The notes beneath the pieces are model-generated. The model was not told where the DNA came from, made no database searches, and saw only the letters and a list, made by a program, of their open reading frames with translations. This document shows positions 28,288 through 38,698 of a DNA stretch of 64,000 nucleotides, in pieces (position 1 is the first letter of the stretch; the number at the start of each line of letters is the position of its first letter). Location: NCBI GenBank assembly GCA_913043225.1, contig CAJWLU010000007.1, positions 64,001-128,000 of the forward strand, given 5' to 3'. A program made the position numbers and the translations under genes. Origin of the DNA: an uncultured Acidobacteriota bacterium. Lineage in GTDB: Bacteria; Acidobacteriota; Vicinamibacteria; Vicinamibacterales; UBA8438.

Positions 28288-29481
28288 ATGCCCCCCCTCC
28301 ACGGACTCCGGGTCATCGACATGACGCGGGTGCTGGCCGGCCCGTATTGCGCGATGCTGCTCGGCGACATGGGCGCCGAGGTCATTAAGGTCGAAGAGCC
28401 AACCCACGGCGACGATACGCGCCTCTGGGCCCCATTTGCGGGCGGGAAGGTCAGTACCTTCTTCCTGGGCATGAATCGCAGCAAGAAGAGCGTGGCCCTC
28501 GACCTCAAGAACGCCGACGGGGCGCGCACCCTCAGAGCGCTGATCGAAACAGCCGATGTCCTAATTGAGAACTTCCGGCCTGGCAGCCTGAAAAAGCTGA
28601 GCTTCGACTACGCCTCGGTACGGTCCTGGCATCCGCGTCTCATCTTCTGCTCGATCAGCGGCTACGGGCAGCAGGGGCCGAAACGCGACCTCCCTGGCTA
28701 CGACACCGTCATCCAAGGGGAGGCGGGCCTGATGCACGTCACCGGACAGCGCGATGGCCCTCCCACGCGGGTGGGCGTGGCAATCACCGACTATCTGGCC
28801 GGGCTCTACGCGATGAATGGGATCCTGCTCGCCCTGCGGGATCGAGACGAAACTGGGCTGGGTCAGCACGTCGACATTGCCCTGCTCGACTCGATGACGA
28901 GCGCGATGTCACTGCCCGCCAATGTCCTGTTCGCGACCGGCGAAGAGCTTGGCCGCGAAGGCAACGACCATCACTCGCTCACGCCCTACGAGACGATCGA
29001 AGCCAGCGATGGGCTCGTCATCGTGGCCGCCGGCAACGAACGACTGTGGCATCAGTTCTGCCTGGCCCTTGAGCTACCCGCGCTCGAAACTGACGAGCGT
29101 TTCCGGACCAACACCGACCGAATGCGTCACCGGCCCGAGCTGAAGCAGCTGCTCGCCGAGTGTGTGAGCCGATTAAGCCGGAACGAAATCATAGGCCGTC
29201 TCCGTGCCCACGCCGTGCCATGCGGTGAAGTGCGCTCACTGGCCGAAGCGCTAGCCGACCCTCAACTACAGGCGCGGGAGATGCTGCCCAAGCTGACACA
29301 CCCCGAGCTTGGCCCCATCCAGACACTGGGCAACCCAATCAAGCTGTCTCGGACTCCGGCCGTCCTCGATCGTCCACCGCCGGCGCTCGGGGAACACACC
29401 ACCGAGATCGAAACTGAGTTAGCTGAACGTACTGGCGTCCGGTCGACCGGCCGGACGCCAGAGAACGGGCAGGAATCGTAG
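28288..29481 (+). CDS. Family III (CaiB/BaiF) CoA transferase
   Basis: Motifs LAGPYC, LGDMGAEVIKVE, NRSKKS, ENFRPG and GYD. Confidence 0.93.
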   Translation: MPPLHGLRVIDMTRVLAGPYCAMLLGDMGAEVIKVEEPTHGDDTRLWAPFAGGKVSTFFLGMNRSKKSVALDLKNADGARTLRALIETADVLIENFRPGSLKKLSFDYASVRSWHPRLIFCSISGYGQQGPKRDLPGYDTVIQGEAGLMHVTGQRDGPPTRVGVAITDYLAGLYAMNGILLALRDRDETGLGQHVDIALLDSMTSAMSLPANVLFATGEELGREGNDHHSLTPYETIEASDGLVIVAAGNERLWHQFCLALELPALETDERFRTNTDRMRHRPELKQLLAECVSRLSRNEIIGRLRAHAVPCGEVRSLAEALADPQLQAREMLPKLTHPELGPIQTLGNPIKLSRTPAVLDRPPPALGEHTTEIETELAERTGVRSTGRTPENGQES

Positions 29482-29901
29482 ATGCGAATTGCTGTCGCTT
29501 TCCTCCTGATGGGCCTCGCGGCCACCGCCGCCCAGGACGCCGAGCAGTTCAGCGGCAGGCTGTCGGTGCTGCCCGTCGATTTCTCGACCTACCAGAGGCT
29601 CTCGGGGTCCGGAGAGGTGCAGGCGGCGCTCAGCGGCCGGCTGCTCGACGTCTCCGGCGGATTTAAAGGCCTAAGTTCATCAGCCACCGCGGCTCACGTG
29701 CATCAGGCCCCCCCTGGTCGGCGTGGCCCGCCGGTGTTTACCATCGAGGTCACCGAAGCCCACGACGGACGCCTGACCGGTCAGGTCGACCTAAACGGCG
29801 AGCAGGTCGAGGCGCTGCGGGCGGGCGAGCTTTACGTGCAGATCCACACCGAGAACAACCCCGAGGGTGAAATTCGCGGGTGGCTCGCGTCGGTCTGGTA
29901 G
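29482..29901 (+). CDS. CHRD domain exported protein
   Basis: Signal peptide, TAAHVH and LYVQIHTENNPEGEIRGWL. Confidence 0.85.
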   Translation: MRIAVAFLLMGLAATAAQDAEQFSGRLSVLPVDFSTYQRLSGSGEVQAALSGRLLDVSGGFKGLSSSATAAHVHQAPPGRRGPPVFTIEVTEAHDGRLTGQVDLNGEQVEALRAGELYVQIHTENNPEGEIRGWLASVW

Positions 29902-29908
29902 ACCCGAG

Positions 29909-30301
29909 ATGCGGCTCCTCCTGCCGATCCTCTGCTCGGTCTTCCTTCTGGGCGGCTGGATGTCGGCTCAATCGGCGCCGGCTCGGTTTACCGGAAATCA
30001 GGCACGTGCCGGACGAACCGCTTACAACGACTCGTGCGCCACCTGCCACACCGCCGCCCTAGTTGGGGGCCTGGATGCCCCCCCGCTCGCCGGCGCCGAC
30101 TTCCAGGGATTCTGGGGCGGACGCCCTGCCCGTGAACTGCTCGCTTACGTCAAGGCGGCCATGCCGCCCGCCGGCCGAAAACCGGACGATACGAGCCTCG
30201 AAAGCATCGTGGCCTACATCCTCGAGCGAAACGGGATGTCGGCGAGCACTGTCCCCTTCGACGACGACGACCAGGGCGTCATCCAGCCCAGCGGACGCTA
30301 G
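29909..30301 (+). CDS. Mono-heme cytochrome c
   Basis: Signal peptide, CATCH, APPLAG, distal MP and IVAYIL. Confidence 0.85.
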   Translation: MRLLLPILCSVFLLGGWMSAQSAPARFTGNQARAGRTAYNDSCATCHTAALVGGLDAPPLAGADFQGFWGGRPARELLAYVKAAMPPAGRKPDDTSLESIVAYILERNGMSASTVPFDDDDQGVIQPSGR

Positions 30302-30430
30302 CCGACATCGTCCGGGATTGCGTTCGGCCCCCTGGCCTCGTAATATTTGCTGCGTTTCGTTTGCCGGTGGCTCACACCGGTCATCTCCGGGTGAGAGACG
30401 CCCGCTCGACACGCGACATCTCGACTGTTC

Positions 30431-31528
30431 ATGAGCTTCACACGGCGACTATTCCTGGTGGTTATGTTTGCCGGCCTTGCGGCCGCCTGCTCGGGCGATT
30501 CGAATGCTCCGATGGCCACCCTGGCCGCCCCAACGAGCCCAGGGGCGATTCCGATGAGCTGCCCACCCGCGATGGCGCAGCAGTCCGTCGATGCACTTCC
30601 GGTCACCATGACCTGGAGTCCGCCGACGCTCGCGGGCGTCACGGTCGACCGTAGCTCGTGCGCCCCCACATCCGGGACGGCGTTCCCGATCGGCACCTCG
30701 ACGGTGACCTGCACGTCGGCCGAGCCGACCTACGCGAGCGCGTGCAGCTTCGACATCAACATCACCCCGCCGGACCCGAAACTCCGCTTCACGCGGTTCC
30801 TTGCCTTTGGCGACAGCATCACCGCGGGTTTCGTCTCGGAAGGCTTCTCGGCGCCAGGCAGCGACCCACTCCAGATCCCGGCCATGCTTCGGGCGGCGAG
30901 CAGTCGCGGCGGCGCGAGCATCTCACGGGCCGTGCAACCTCTCAACGCGTATCCCGCGGTCCTCCAGAACCTGTTGACACCGGCGTACATGACACAGCAG
31001 TTCACCGTGGCCAACGAGGGTCGCTCGGGTGAGAAGGTGGCCGAAGGCGCCGCCCGACTGAGGTCGACCCTCCTCGCCACCCAACCCGAAGTCATGATGC
31101 TCTTCGAGGGATTCAACGACATCGACCTCGCGCTGTTCGAAGCCGGTCCGAACAACACGTCCGCCATCGACGTCAGATCGATCGCCTCCGAGCTCCGGTG
31201 GATGGTGAACACGGCCGAGGGCCTGGGAGTCGAGGTGCTACTGGCAACCTTGACGCCCACCACTGCACCCCGCGAAGCCTCAGACCCCGGCACTCGGGCA
31301 TCGATCGAAGCGCTCAACGACGAGATCCGCGCGATGGCCCCGACGCTCGGGAGGGGCGGCGTCATCGACCTCTACAGCATGCTCGACGGCGTTCCGGGCA
31401 TCATCGGCCCCGACGGATTTCATCCCACCAGTGCGGGATACCGACGGATCGGCGAGATCTTCTTCTCCGAAATCGTCAACCGGCACGACGTAACGCCACG
31501 GGCGCCCTCGGCGACCCGCGCCCCGTAA
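30431..31528 (+). CDS. SGNH/GDSL hydrolase lipoprotein with HYR-like domain
   Basis: Lipobox LAAAC, FPIGTSTVTC, FGDSIT, GFND and DGFHP. Confidence 0.85.
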   Translation: MSFTRRLFLVVMFAGLAAACSGDSNAPMATLAAPTSPGAIPMSCPPAMAQQSVDALPVTMTWSPPTLAGVTVDRSSCAPTSGTAFPIGTSTVTCTSAEPTYASACSFDINITPPDPKLRFTRFLAFGDSITAGFVSEGFSAPGSDPLQIPAMLRAASSRGGASISRAVQPLNAYPAVLQNLLTPAYMTQQFTVANEGRSGEKVAEGAARLRSTLLATQPEVMMLFEGFNDIDLALFEAGPNNTSAIDVRSIASELRWMVNTAEGLGVEVLLATLTPTTAPREASDPGTRASIEALNDEIRAMAPTLGRGGVIDLYSMLDGVPGIIGPDGFHPTSAGYRRIGEIFFSEIVNRHDVTPRAPSATRAP

Positions 31529-31645
31529 TCGCCGCCCACTGGTGACCATGGCGCAGGTGGCCTATGATGGGAGAGTCCAACTGTCCGGGGCGCATCGCGC
31601 AGGGCGAGGTTGGCCCAGTGCGAAGCGCGCCGCAGGAATAGCCGC

Positions 31646-32482
31646 GTGACACCAGCTGCCTCGCCATTTCGCCCCGGAGGCCAGTACTTCGGACCACTGG
31701 TTGCTGTGGTCATCCTGTCCGTCGTCGCCGGCCTGGGCTCGTATTACTTTTTCGGTACGGGCCATCCCGTGGAAGACGAACTGGGCACCGCCGCGCCGGC
31801 TTCGCCGCCACCCGCTCTCGTTAATACCGCCCCTCCGACCGACGCGCCGGTCGAAGAGCTGCTTCTGCCCTCACTCGACGAGAGCGATTCACTGGTGCGC
31901 GCGCTCGTCGGCGCGCTGACGTCCCACCCGGCGTTCGCTGCCTGGCTCATTCCCGACGACCTACTCCGCACCTTCGTCTTCGTGGTCCAGAACATTGCTG
32001 AAGGGAACAACCCCACCGAGCGGCTGACGCCGCTGCGCCCGACCCAGCGCTTCACGACGACGGGCGCCGGCACGTCGCTGACGGTAGACCCGGCCAGCTA
32101 TGCCCGCTACAACGTGCACGCCGAGGTCGTGGCGTCGATCAACCCAGTTGGCGCGGCCGAGATCTATCGCTCCTTGCGTCCGCTGATCCGCGACGCCTAC
32201 GCCGAGCTCGGTCATCCCGACGGCGGCTTCGACGGCACCCTCGCTCGAGCCATCGCCAATCTCCTCGAGACGCCCGTGCTCGAGCGCGAACTGCGTCTCG
32301 TCGCGCGCGCCGCGTTCCACGAGTTCGAGGACCCCGCGTTCGAGGATCTGCAGCCTGTCCAGAAGCAGCTGATGACCATGGGACCACGGAATGTTCGCGC
32401 GGTGCAGGCTAGCCTGGTGGATATCGCGCGCGAGCTCGGCATCGACACCAGCCGGCTGCCGACGCCGGAAGTGATCCGCTAG
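31646..32482 (+). CDS. DUF3014 family membrane-anchored protein
   Basis: One TM segment. Motifs [19 protein letters not shown] and QKQL..MGP.N. Start uncertain. Confidence 0.75.
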   Translation: MTPAASPFRPGGQYFGPLVAVVILSVVAGLGSYYFFGTGHPVEDELGTAAPASPPPALVNTAPPTDAPVEELLLPSLDESDSLVRALVGALTSHPAFAAWLIPDDLLRTFVFVVQNIAEGNNPTERLTPLRPTQRFTTTGAGTSLTVDPASYARYNVHAEVVASINPVGAAEIYRSLRPLIRDAYAELGHPDGGFDGTLARAIANLLETPVLERELRLVARAAFHEFEDPAFEDLQPVQKQLMTMGPRNVRAVQASLVDIARELGIDTSRLPTPEVIR

Positions 32483-32490
32483 CAAGCCAG

Positions 32491-32919
32491 ATGCGGCTGA
32501 AGGTCAAACGGCTGTCCCCCGCCGCCATTCTCCCCTCTCGTGCTCATCCCGGCGACGCCGGTCTCGATCTCTTCGCCGCCATCGACCTGAAGATCCCCCC
32601 TGGCGAGACCCGCCTGGTCAAGACCGGGATTGCGGTGGAGCTCCCCGGCGGGACCGAAGCCCAGGTCCGTCCACGCAGCGGCCTGGCGCTAAAACACTCC
32701 GTGACAGTGCTCAACACACCGGGGACGATTGACGAGGGATACCGTGGCGAGGTTGGCGTGATCCTGGTCAACCACGGCAGAGACGCGTTCGCCGTCCGAC
32801 AGGGCATGAAGGTGGCCCAACTCGTGGTCCAGCCTACGCTGGCAGTCGACGTCGAGGAAGCCACGCACCTGGACGATACCGAACGGGGCTCCGGAGGTTT
32901 CGGCTCCACCGGTCAGTAG
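32491..32919 (+). CDS. dut: dUTP diphosphatase
   Basis: Motifs [22 protein letters not shown] and [10 protein letters not shown]. Confidence 0.96.
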   Translation: MRLKVKRLSPAAILPSRAHPGDAGLDLFAAIDLKIPPGETRLVKTGIAVELPGGTEAQVRPRSGLALKHSVTVLNTPGTIDEGYRGEVGVILVNHGRDAFAVRQGMKVAQLVVQPTLAVDVEEATHLDDTERGSGGFGSTGQ

Positions 32920-33053
32920 CACGGCTCGTCGCTTCCCACCGACATTGCACAGAACGGCACACAACGTCCACCCCCGCCAGGCAACTGTCCCGTCACGGCG
33001 CTGGTTAGCGTCAAGCCGATGGTAAGGTGACAGAGAGGCAGCCGCTAGCCGTC

Positions 33054-34805
33054 ATGACCGCATTAGAACAGCACACCTCCCGGAATCAGCGGCTCAGGGT
33101 CGCGCTCTGCCAGAGCAATCTGGCAGTCGGCGACCTCGAGGGGAATCTCGCGCGGGTCGAGGCCGACATCGCTGCTGCTGCTGCCCAGGGAGCTAACCTG
33201 GCCGTCTTCCCCGAGCTCTCGTTGACGGGCTACCCACCCGAGGATCTGCTGCTGAATCCTCGGCTAGCCGAGACGGCGTCCCAGGGCCTCCGGGCGTTGG
33301 CGGCATCAGTGACCGGCACGGTCGCGGTGGTCGGATTTCCTGCGCTCGACGGCGACCTATTCAATGCCGCCGCGGTGGTGGCAGACGGCGACGTCGTCGG
33401 GATCTACCGCAAGCACTTCCTCCCGAACTACGGCGTCTTTGACGAACAGCGGTATTTCGCCCGTGGCGAGCGCGCGCTGGTGGTCGAGGTCGGAGGCGTC
33501 CGGGTAGGCATCACGGTCTGTGAAGACCTCTGGTATCCGGGTGGCCCGGGTCAATGGGCCGCCATCGACGGCAACGCCGAGCTCATCGTGAATCTCTCAG
33601 GTTCACCCTACCATCGCGGCAAGGGAGCTGAACGAGAGCGCATGCTGGCGCAGCGCGCGGGCGACTATGGCTGTTTCGTCGCCTTCTGTAACGCCGTGGG
33701 CGGCCAGGATGAGCTCGTGTTCGACGGACATAGCCTTGTCCTCGACCCGATGGGTCAGGTTGTAGCTCGTGGTCTCCAATTTGAAGAGGACCTGGTCCTA
33801 GCCGACATCGATGCGGTGAGCGTGGCGCGCCGCCGGCTCCACGATCCCCGGTGGCGCCAGTCTCGACCCGCCGCAGGCGAGCGGGTCCAGACCGCAACGG
33901 TATCCGGCCGGAACACCACGGCGCGGCCACTCGAGGCAAAACCCACACCGCCCATGCTCGATCCCAACGCGGAGGTCTACCGCGCGCTGACCCTGGGCAC
34001 CGCAGACTACTTCCACAAGAATGGCTTCAAACACGCCGTGCTCGGGCTCTCGGGCGGAATCGACTCGGCCCTGGCTCTGACTGTAGCGGCCGATGCCCTC
34101 GGGGCCAATGCCGTGACCGCGGTCTCGATGCCATCGCGGTTCACGACCGATATGAACCGAAACGACGCCCGCGAGCTCGCCGAGAACCTGGGCGTCGAAC
34201 TGATCGAGCTGCCGATTGTTGATCTAATGGGAAGCTACGACACCGCGCTGGCCGGCCCCTTCGCCGACACCGACCAGAATGTGGCCGAAGAGAACCTGCA
34301 GGCACGCATCCGCGGCAACCTACTGATGGCGCTGTCGAACAAATTCGGTTGGCTGGTCCTGACCACCGGGAACAAGAGTGAAATGAGCGTCGGCTACGCC
34401 ACGCTCTACGGCGACATGGCCGGCGGATTCGCGGTGCTGAAGGACGTGCTGAAAACCTGGGTCTATCGCCTCTCACGGTGGAGAAACCGAGAAACCGAGG
34501 CAATTCCCATCCGGATCATCGAGAAACCGCCAACCGCCGAGTTGCGAGAGCATCAGCTGGACACCGATAGCCTGCCCCCCTACGACAAGCTGGACGCGAT
34601 CCTCGAGGCCTACATCGAAGCGGACCGCAGCCCAGACGAAGTGATTCAGCTCGGCTTCGATGCCGAGCTGGTGCGGCGCATCGTCTCGCTCGTCGACCGC
34701 GCGGAATACAAGCGTCGGCAGGCACCGCCCGGCGTCCGCATATCGGTCCGCGCATTCGGCCGCGACCGGCGGCTGCCGATCACGAACCAGTATCGGCCCC
34801 GCTAA
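33054..34805 (+). CDS. nadE: Glutamine-dependent NAD+ synthetase
   Basis: Nitrilase domain (FPEL, YRK, CEDLW) plus GLSGGIDS, ENLQARIR and TGNKSE. Confidence 0.95.
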   Translation: MTALEQHTSRNQRLRVALCQSNLAVGDLEGNLARVEADIAAAAAQGANLAVFPELSLTGYPPEDLLLNPRLAETASQGLRALAASVTGTVAVVGFPALDGDLFNAAAVVADGDVVGIYRKHFLPNYGVFDEQRYFARGERALVVEVGGVRVGITVCEDLWYPGGPGQWAAIDGNAELIVNLSGSPYHRGKGAERERMLAQRAGDYGCFVAFCNAVGGQDELVFDGHSLVLDPMGQVVARGLQFEEDLVLADIDAVSVARRRLHDPRWRQSRPAAGERVQTATVSGRNTTARPLEAKPTPPMLDPNAEVYRALTLGTADYFHKNGFKHAVLGLSGGIDSALALTVAADALGANAVTAVSMPSRFTTDMNRNDARELAENLGVELIELPIVDLMGSYDTALAGPFADTDQNVAEENLQARIRGNLLMALSNKFGWLVLTTGNKSEMSVGYATLYGDMAGGFAVLKDVLKTWVYRLSRWRNRETEAIPIRIIEKPPTAELREHQLDTDSLPPYDKLDAILEAYIEADRSPDEVIQLGFDAELVRRIVSLVDRAEYKRRQAPPGVRISVRAFGRDRRLPITNQYRPR

Positions 34806-34877
34806 CGCTCGCACTTCCCCTGGCGTCCACAGCGGCAGATAATCGGCCCGATTCGTCTTTCATTACCAGGAGCACGC

Positions 34878-36170
34878 ATGAGAGCCTATCGCTCACTTCG
34901 CGTTATCGGCGCGCTGGCTACAGTGGCGGCGCTCGTCGTTCTGTTTCCCGGCTCGCCGCTACGCGGCGCGGTCGAAGACACCCTCCCGATGGCGGCACCA
35001 GAAGAGGTGGGCATGTCCTCGGAACGGCTCCAGCGAGTCAGCGCGCTCATGCAGCGCAACATCGATCAGGACCTGCTGTCTGGCACCGTCACTCTGATCG
35101 CCAGGCACGGCAAGGTGGTATATCTCAAAGCTCAGGGTTCAAACCACAAGGAAGTCAGCGACACGATGGCGACTGACGACATCTTCGTCATCATGTCGAT
35201 GACAAAGCCGATTGTGTCGACCGCGCTGATGATGCTCTATGAAGAGGGGCACTTCCGGCTCGACGACCCGATCTCGCGGTGGCTGCCAAGCTATGCCAGC
35301 CAGACCGTGCACCGCACGATCGGCGGCCGCGCCATCAGTGAACCGGCCGCGCGCGCCGTCACCGTGCGACACGTCCTCAGCCATACGTCTGGACTGAGCA
35401 CCCGTCGATTCGGCCAGGGTGCCCGCCCGGCCACTCTGGCCGAATCGATCGACCAGGCCTCCGACATGCCGCTGGCGTTCCACCCCGGCGATGAGTGGCA
35501 GTACGGCGCGTCGACCGACTTCGTGGCCATTCTCGTCGAGAAGATCTCTGGGCGAAACCTCAGAGACTTTCTCCAAGAACGGATCTTCGAACCACTGGGA
35601 ATGAGCGACACCTACTACAACGTACCCGACGCCAAGGCGGGCCGGATCGCCGCCGTCTATCGGCCCAGCGGACCTGACAACACCATCGAGCTATTTCGCG
35701 CCCCCGGCCCCGATCAACCCACGCAGTTCTTCGGCGGACAGGCCGGCCTGCACTCGACCGCCGCCGACTACTTCAGATTCCATCAGATGATCCTGAACGG
35801 GGGCGAGCTGGACGGCGTGCGGCTGCTAAGTCCACGCACGGTCAACCTGATGATCAGCAACCACGTCGGCGACAAGCTGGTCTACGTGCGGGGACCAGGG
35901 TACGGCTTCGGACTAGGCTACGGCGTGGTAATGGACCCGGGTCAGGCCACGGACCATCTCTCGCCAGGCAGCTTTCTGTGGGGCGGCGCCTGGGGCACGG
36001 TGGCCTGGGTCGATCCGGTCGAGGACATTCTCGGCATCCTGATGATGCAGATCACGTCCTACCGGCATCTGACGGTACGACAGGACTTCTCGACCGTTGC
36101 CTCGCAAGCCATTATCGAGACGAACCGACACAATCCGCCGACGGTGCTGGGGTACGAACGTCGCTACTGA
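34878..36170 (+). CDS. Serine hydrolase, beta-lactamase/AmpC-like family
   Basis: Signal peptide, SMTK (SxxK), LSHTSG, WQY and WGGAWGT. Confidence 0.88.
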   Translation: MRAYRSLRVIGALATVAALVVLFPGSPLRGAVEDTLPMAAPEEVGMSSERLQRVSALMQRNIDQDLLSGTVTLIARHGKVVYLKAQGSNHKEVSDTMATDDIFVIMSMTKPIVSTALMMLYEEGHFRLDDPISRWLPSYASQTVHRTIGGRAISEPAARAVTVRHVLSHTSGLSTRRFGQGARPATLAESIDQASDMPLAFHPGDEWQYGASTDFVAILVEKISGRNLRDFLQERIFEPLGMSDTYYNVPDAKAGRIAAVYRPSGPDNTIELFRAPGPDQPTQFFGGQAGLHSTAADYFRFHQMILNGGELDGVRLLSPRTVNLMISNHVGDKLVYVRGPGYGFGLGYGVVMDPGQATDHLSPGSFLWGGAWGTVAWVDPVEDILGILMMQITSYRHLTVRQDFSTVASQAIIETNRHNPPTVLGYERRY

Positions 36171-36511
36171 GAAGGCGTCGGCCCGACGCTGACCATTCGC
36201 CCCTTCAAGAGACTACGGACGAACTGGACGAGGCGCTGGTCGACCGGTTCGACCTTATCGCCGAACCGGTCGCGCATCCGGTGGGCGATCTGGGCGAGCG
36301 AGGTTTCGCCGTCACACGCCTGCCAAACGAGCGACCCGACCTCGTCGAGCCGGATGCGGTAGTAGGGATCGCCCCCGAACCGCTTGACCCAGCGAGCGAG
36401 ACGGGCAGAGCGAAGACGCGGCCGAAGCAGCACACACCGGTCGTTCTCCTCAGACCACTCGAGCAAACGGCGCGGACGCACCGCGCCGAAATCAAGTCCC
36501 TGGGTCACCAT
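36164..36511 (-). CDS. Stand-alone PqqD-family (RRE fold) protein
   Basis: IRLDEVGSLVWQACDGE.S..QI...M..RFG...FVRSL pattern typical of PqqD winged-helix domains. Confidence 0.8.
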   Translation of the reverse strand: MVTQGLDFGAVRPRRLLEWSEENDRCVLLRPRLRSARLARWVKRFGGDPYYRIRLDEVGSLVWQACDGETSLAQIAHRMRDRFGDKVEPVDQRLVQFVRSLLKGRMVSVGPTPSQ

Positions 36512-38505
36512 CAGCCGGCAGCGCTGGTCGGCCCGGCGCCGTCATCCTGGCTGGCCCGCTGGGGCACATTCACCAGCATGTGATAGAGCGGCACGAACAC
36601 CACCGACCCGAGCAGGGCACTCTGCATGAACGAGGGTAAGACCTGATTGATCGCGAAGTAACTGCCACCGAGCACCACGAACGCCAGCAGCACTGCCATC
36701 AGCGCTTCACCGGCGATGAATCCGGACGACAGCAGCACACCCGTGTTGGTGGCTCTGGTGACAGCCGCCTTGTCGACGCCCCTAGCGGTCAGCGAACGCG
36801 ACAGCATCCAGGCCATCAGCCCGCCCACAAAGATGGCCGAGGTCGAACCAAATGGCAGATACATACCAACCGCAATCAGCATCGGAGACGGCGAATTGAT
36901 TAGGATCAGCCCCAACGCCAGGGCCATGCCGGTAACGACGAGCGGCCAGGCCATCTCGCCGCCCACGATCCCCTGCGCCATCAGAGCCATGAGGCCTGCC
37001 TGCGGCGCTGGCAGCTCAGCGCTGCCGATCTCGTAGACCCGGTCCATCGCGATCATGGGCCAGATCAAGACCAGGGCGGCGATGACGACGCCGATAATCT
37101 CGCCAACCTCCATCTTCCAGGGCGTGCCGCCCAGAATGTGCCCCACCTTGAGGTCTTGGAGCATGTCGCCCGCGATCCCGGCCGCACAACACACCACACC
37201 GGCGACGCCAAGCACCCCAAGAATGCCCCCGGGGCCGGTCACGCCGATCCCCACCATCAGCACCGCCGCGATCAGCAACGTGCTGAGCGTAAGGCCACTA
37301 ATCGGGTTGTTGGAGCTTCCGAGCAAACCCACGAGATAGGCGGCGACCGCGGCAAAGAGAAAGCCAAGGGTCACCATCACTAGGGTTAGCAGCACCGCGC
37401 CCGGCAGGCTACCACTAAAGAACCAGTATAAGCCGAGCAGCGGCAGCGACAGCGCGGCAATCGCGACGCCGACCTTCGTGAAGTCCAGATCGAGATTGAG
37501 ACGGCTCACCCCGTCGCCGCCCTCCTGAGCCTTCTTGATGTCGGTGAACGCCCGCCCGATCCCTTCGATCAACGAGGTGCGCAGCTTGAAGAGGGTGTAG
37601 AACGCCGCCACGATCATGGTCCCCACCGAGAGCGGACGCACCTGCTTAAGCCACACTTCGGTGCTCAGCGCAATTAGGGCCGACGCGTCGGACGCCTGCG
37701 CCACACTTTCCGGATTGAGGAACAGCCCGAGCGGCACAAGGAGCAACCAGCCCATCACGGCCCCGGCGAACAGCGTGGACGAAATGGCTGGCCCCACGAT
37801 GAACCCGACCCCGACCAAGGCCGGTGATGCCGCCGGGGACTGCAGGATGAACCCACCGACATAGGCCACCTGCTGGCCGAGCATGTCGATAGTCGATCGG
37901 CCCAGGTTGACGAACGTGGTGGCCGAGCTGGCCACCAGCTGCACGCCGTTCGAGTTCTTGATCAGCTCCCAGGCGCCGGCGAAACCCATCGCCTGAAAGA
38001 CATGCCTGGCGCCGGTCTGTCCGCCTTGCCCCGCCTTCACTAACTCGGCGGCCGCCACGCTCTCGGGGAACGGCAGGTCGGCCTCGACCACCATCGTGCG
38101 CCGAAGCACAATGATGAAGAGCACACCAAGCAAACCACCCACCAACATGATGGCGGTGCTCTCCCAATAGCGCAGCTCGTCCCAGACCCCGCTGATGACG
38201 AAGGCCGGGATGGTGAAGATGGCGCCAGCCACCAGCGCCTCGCCCACCGACGCGGTGGTTCTCGCGAGGTTCTCCTCAAGGATGGACCCTCCCATTGCCC
38301 GGAGCGCCGCCATCGCGACGACGGCGGCCGGGAAGGTCGCTGCGACCGTCAAACCGGCCCGCATCCCCAGGTAGGCGTTGGCGGCGCCGAGGACGATGGC
38401 CATCACGACACCGAGACTCACCGCCCGAAAGGTAAGCTCAGGCAGGGTGGTGTCCTCGGGCACGAACGGAACGAACCCGGACTCAGACCTGTCTGGGGTG
38501 CTCAT
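36511..38505 (-). CDS. OPT family oligopeptide transporter
   Basis: Motifs ELTFRA, NAYLGMRAG, ILEEN, LPFPE, GSSNNPISG, LQDLKVG and PAPQA. Confidence 0.92.
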   Translation of the reverse strand: MSTPDRSESGFVPFVPEDTTLPELTFRAVSLGVVMAIVLGAANAYLGMRAGLTVAATFPAAVVAMAALRAMGGSILEENLARTTASVGEALVAGAIFTIPAFVISGVWDELRYWESTAIMLVGGLLGVLFIIVLRRTMVVEADLPFPESVAAAELVKAGQGGQTGARHVFQAMGFAGAWELIKNSNGVQLVASSATTFVNLGRSTIDMLGQQVAYVGGFILQSPAASPALVGVGFIVGPAISSTLFAGAVMGWLLLVPLGLFLNPESVAQASDASALIALSTEVWLKQVRPLSVGTMIVAAFYTLFKLRTSLIEGIGRAFTDIKKAQEGGDGVSRLNLDLDFTKVGVAIAALSLPLLGLYWFFSGSLPGAVLLTLVMVTLGFLFAAVAAYLVGLLGSSNNPISGLTLSTLLIAAVLMVGIGVTGPGGILGVLGVAGVVCCAAGIAGDMLQDLKVGHILGGTPWKMEVGEIIGVVIAALVLIWPMIAMDRVYEIGSAELPAPQAGLMALMAQGIVGGEMAWPLVVTGMALALGLILINSPSPMLIAVGMYLPFGSTSAIFVGGLMAWMLSRSLTARGVDKAAVTRATNTGVLLSSGFIAGEALMAVLLAFVVLGGSYFAINQVLPSFMQSALLGSVVFVPLYHMLVNVPQRASQDDGAGPTSAAG

Positions 38506-38698
38506 AACGCTCTGGTCTCCAGAGAGTACTGCAGCGAATCGTCGCCGACGTTGACACTGCGTTGCAGCACTGTATGGCCAACGGCAGACGGACGCAACCG
38601 GTCTCCTTGTCAGTCTCGAAACGCCAGTGGTAGGCTCGGCCGACCTCCCGTCGGCCGTCTACAGCCGTCAACCGATGCAGCCGAGAACACACAGGGAG

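Noticed and set aside
34878..36170. Beta-lactam resistance gene
   Set aside because: Generic SxxK serine hydrolase of a family widely expanded in environmental bacteria; no specific class A/C evidence.
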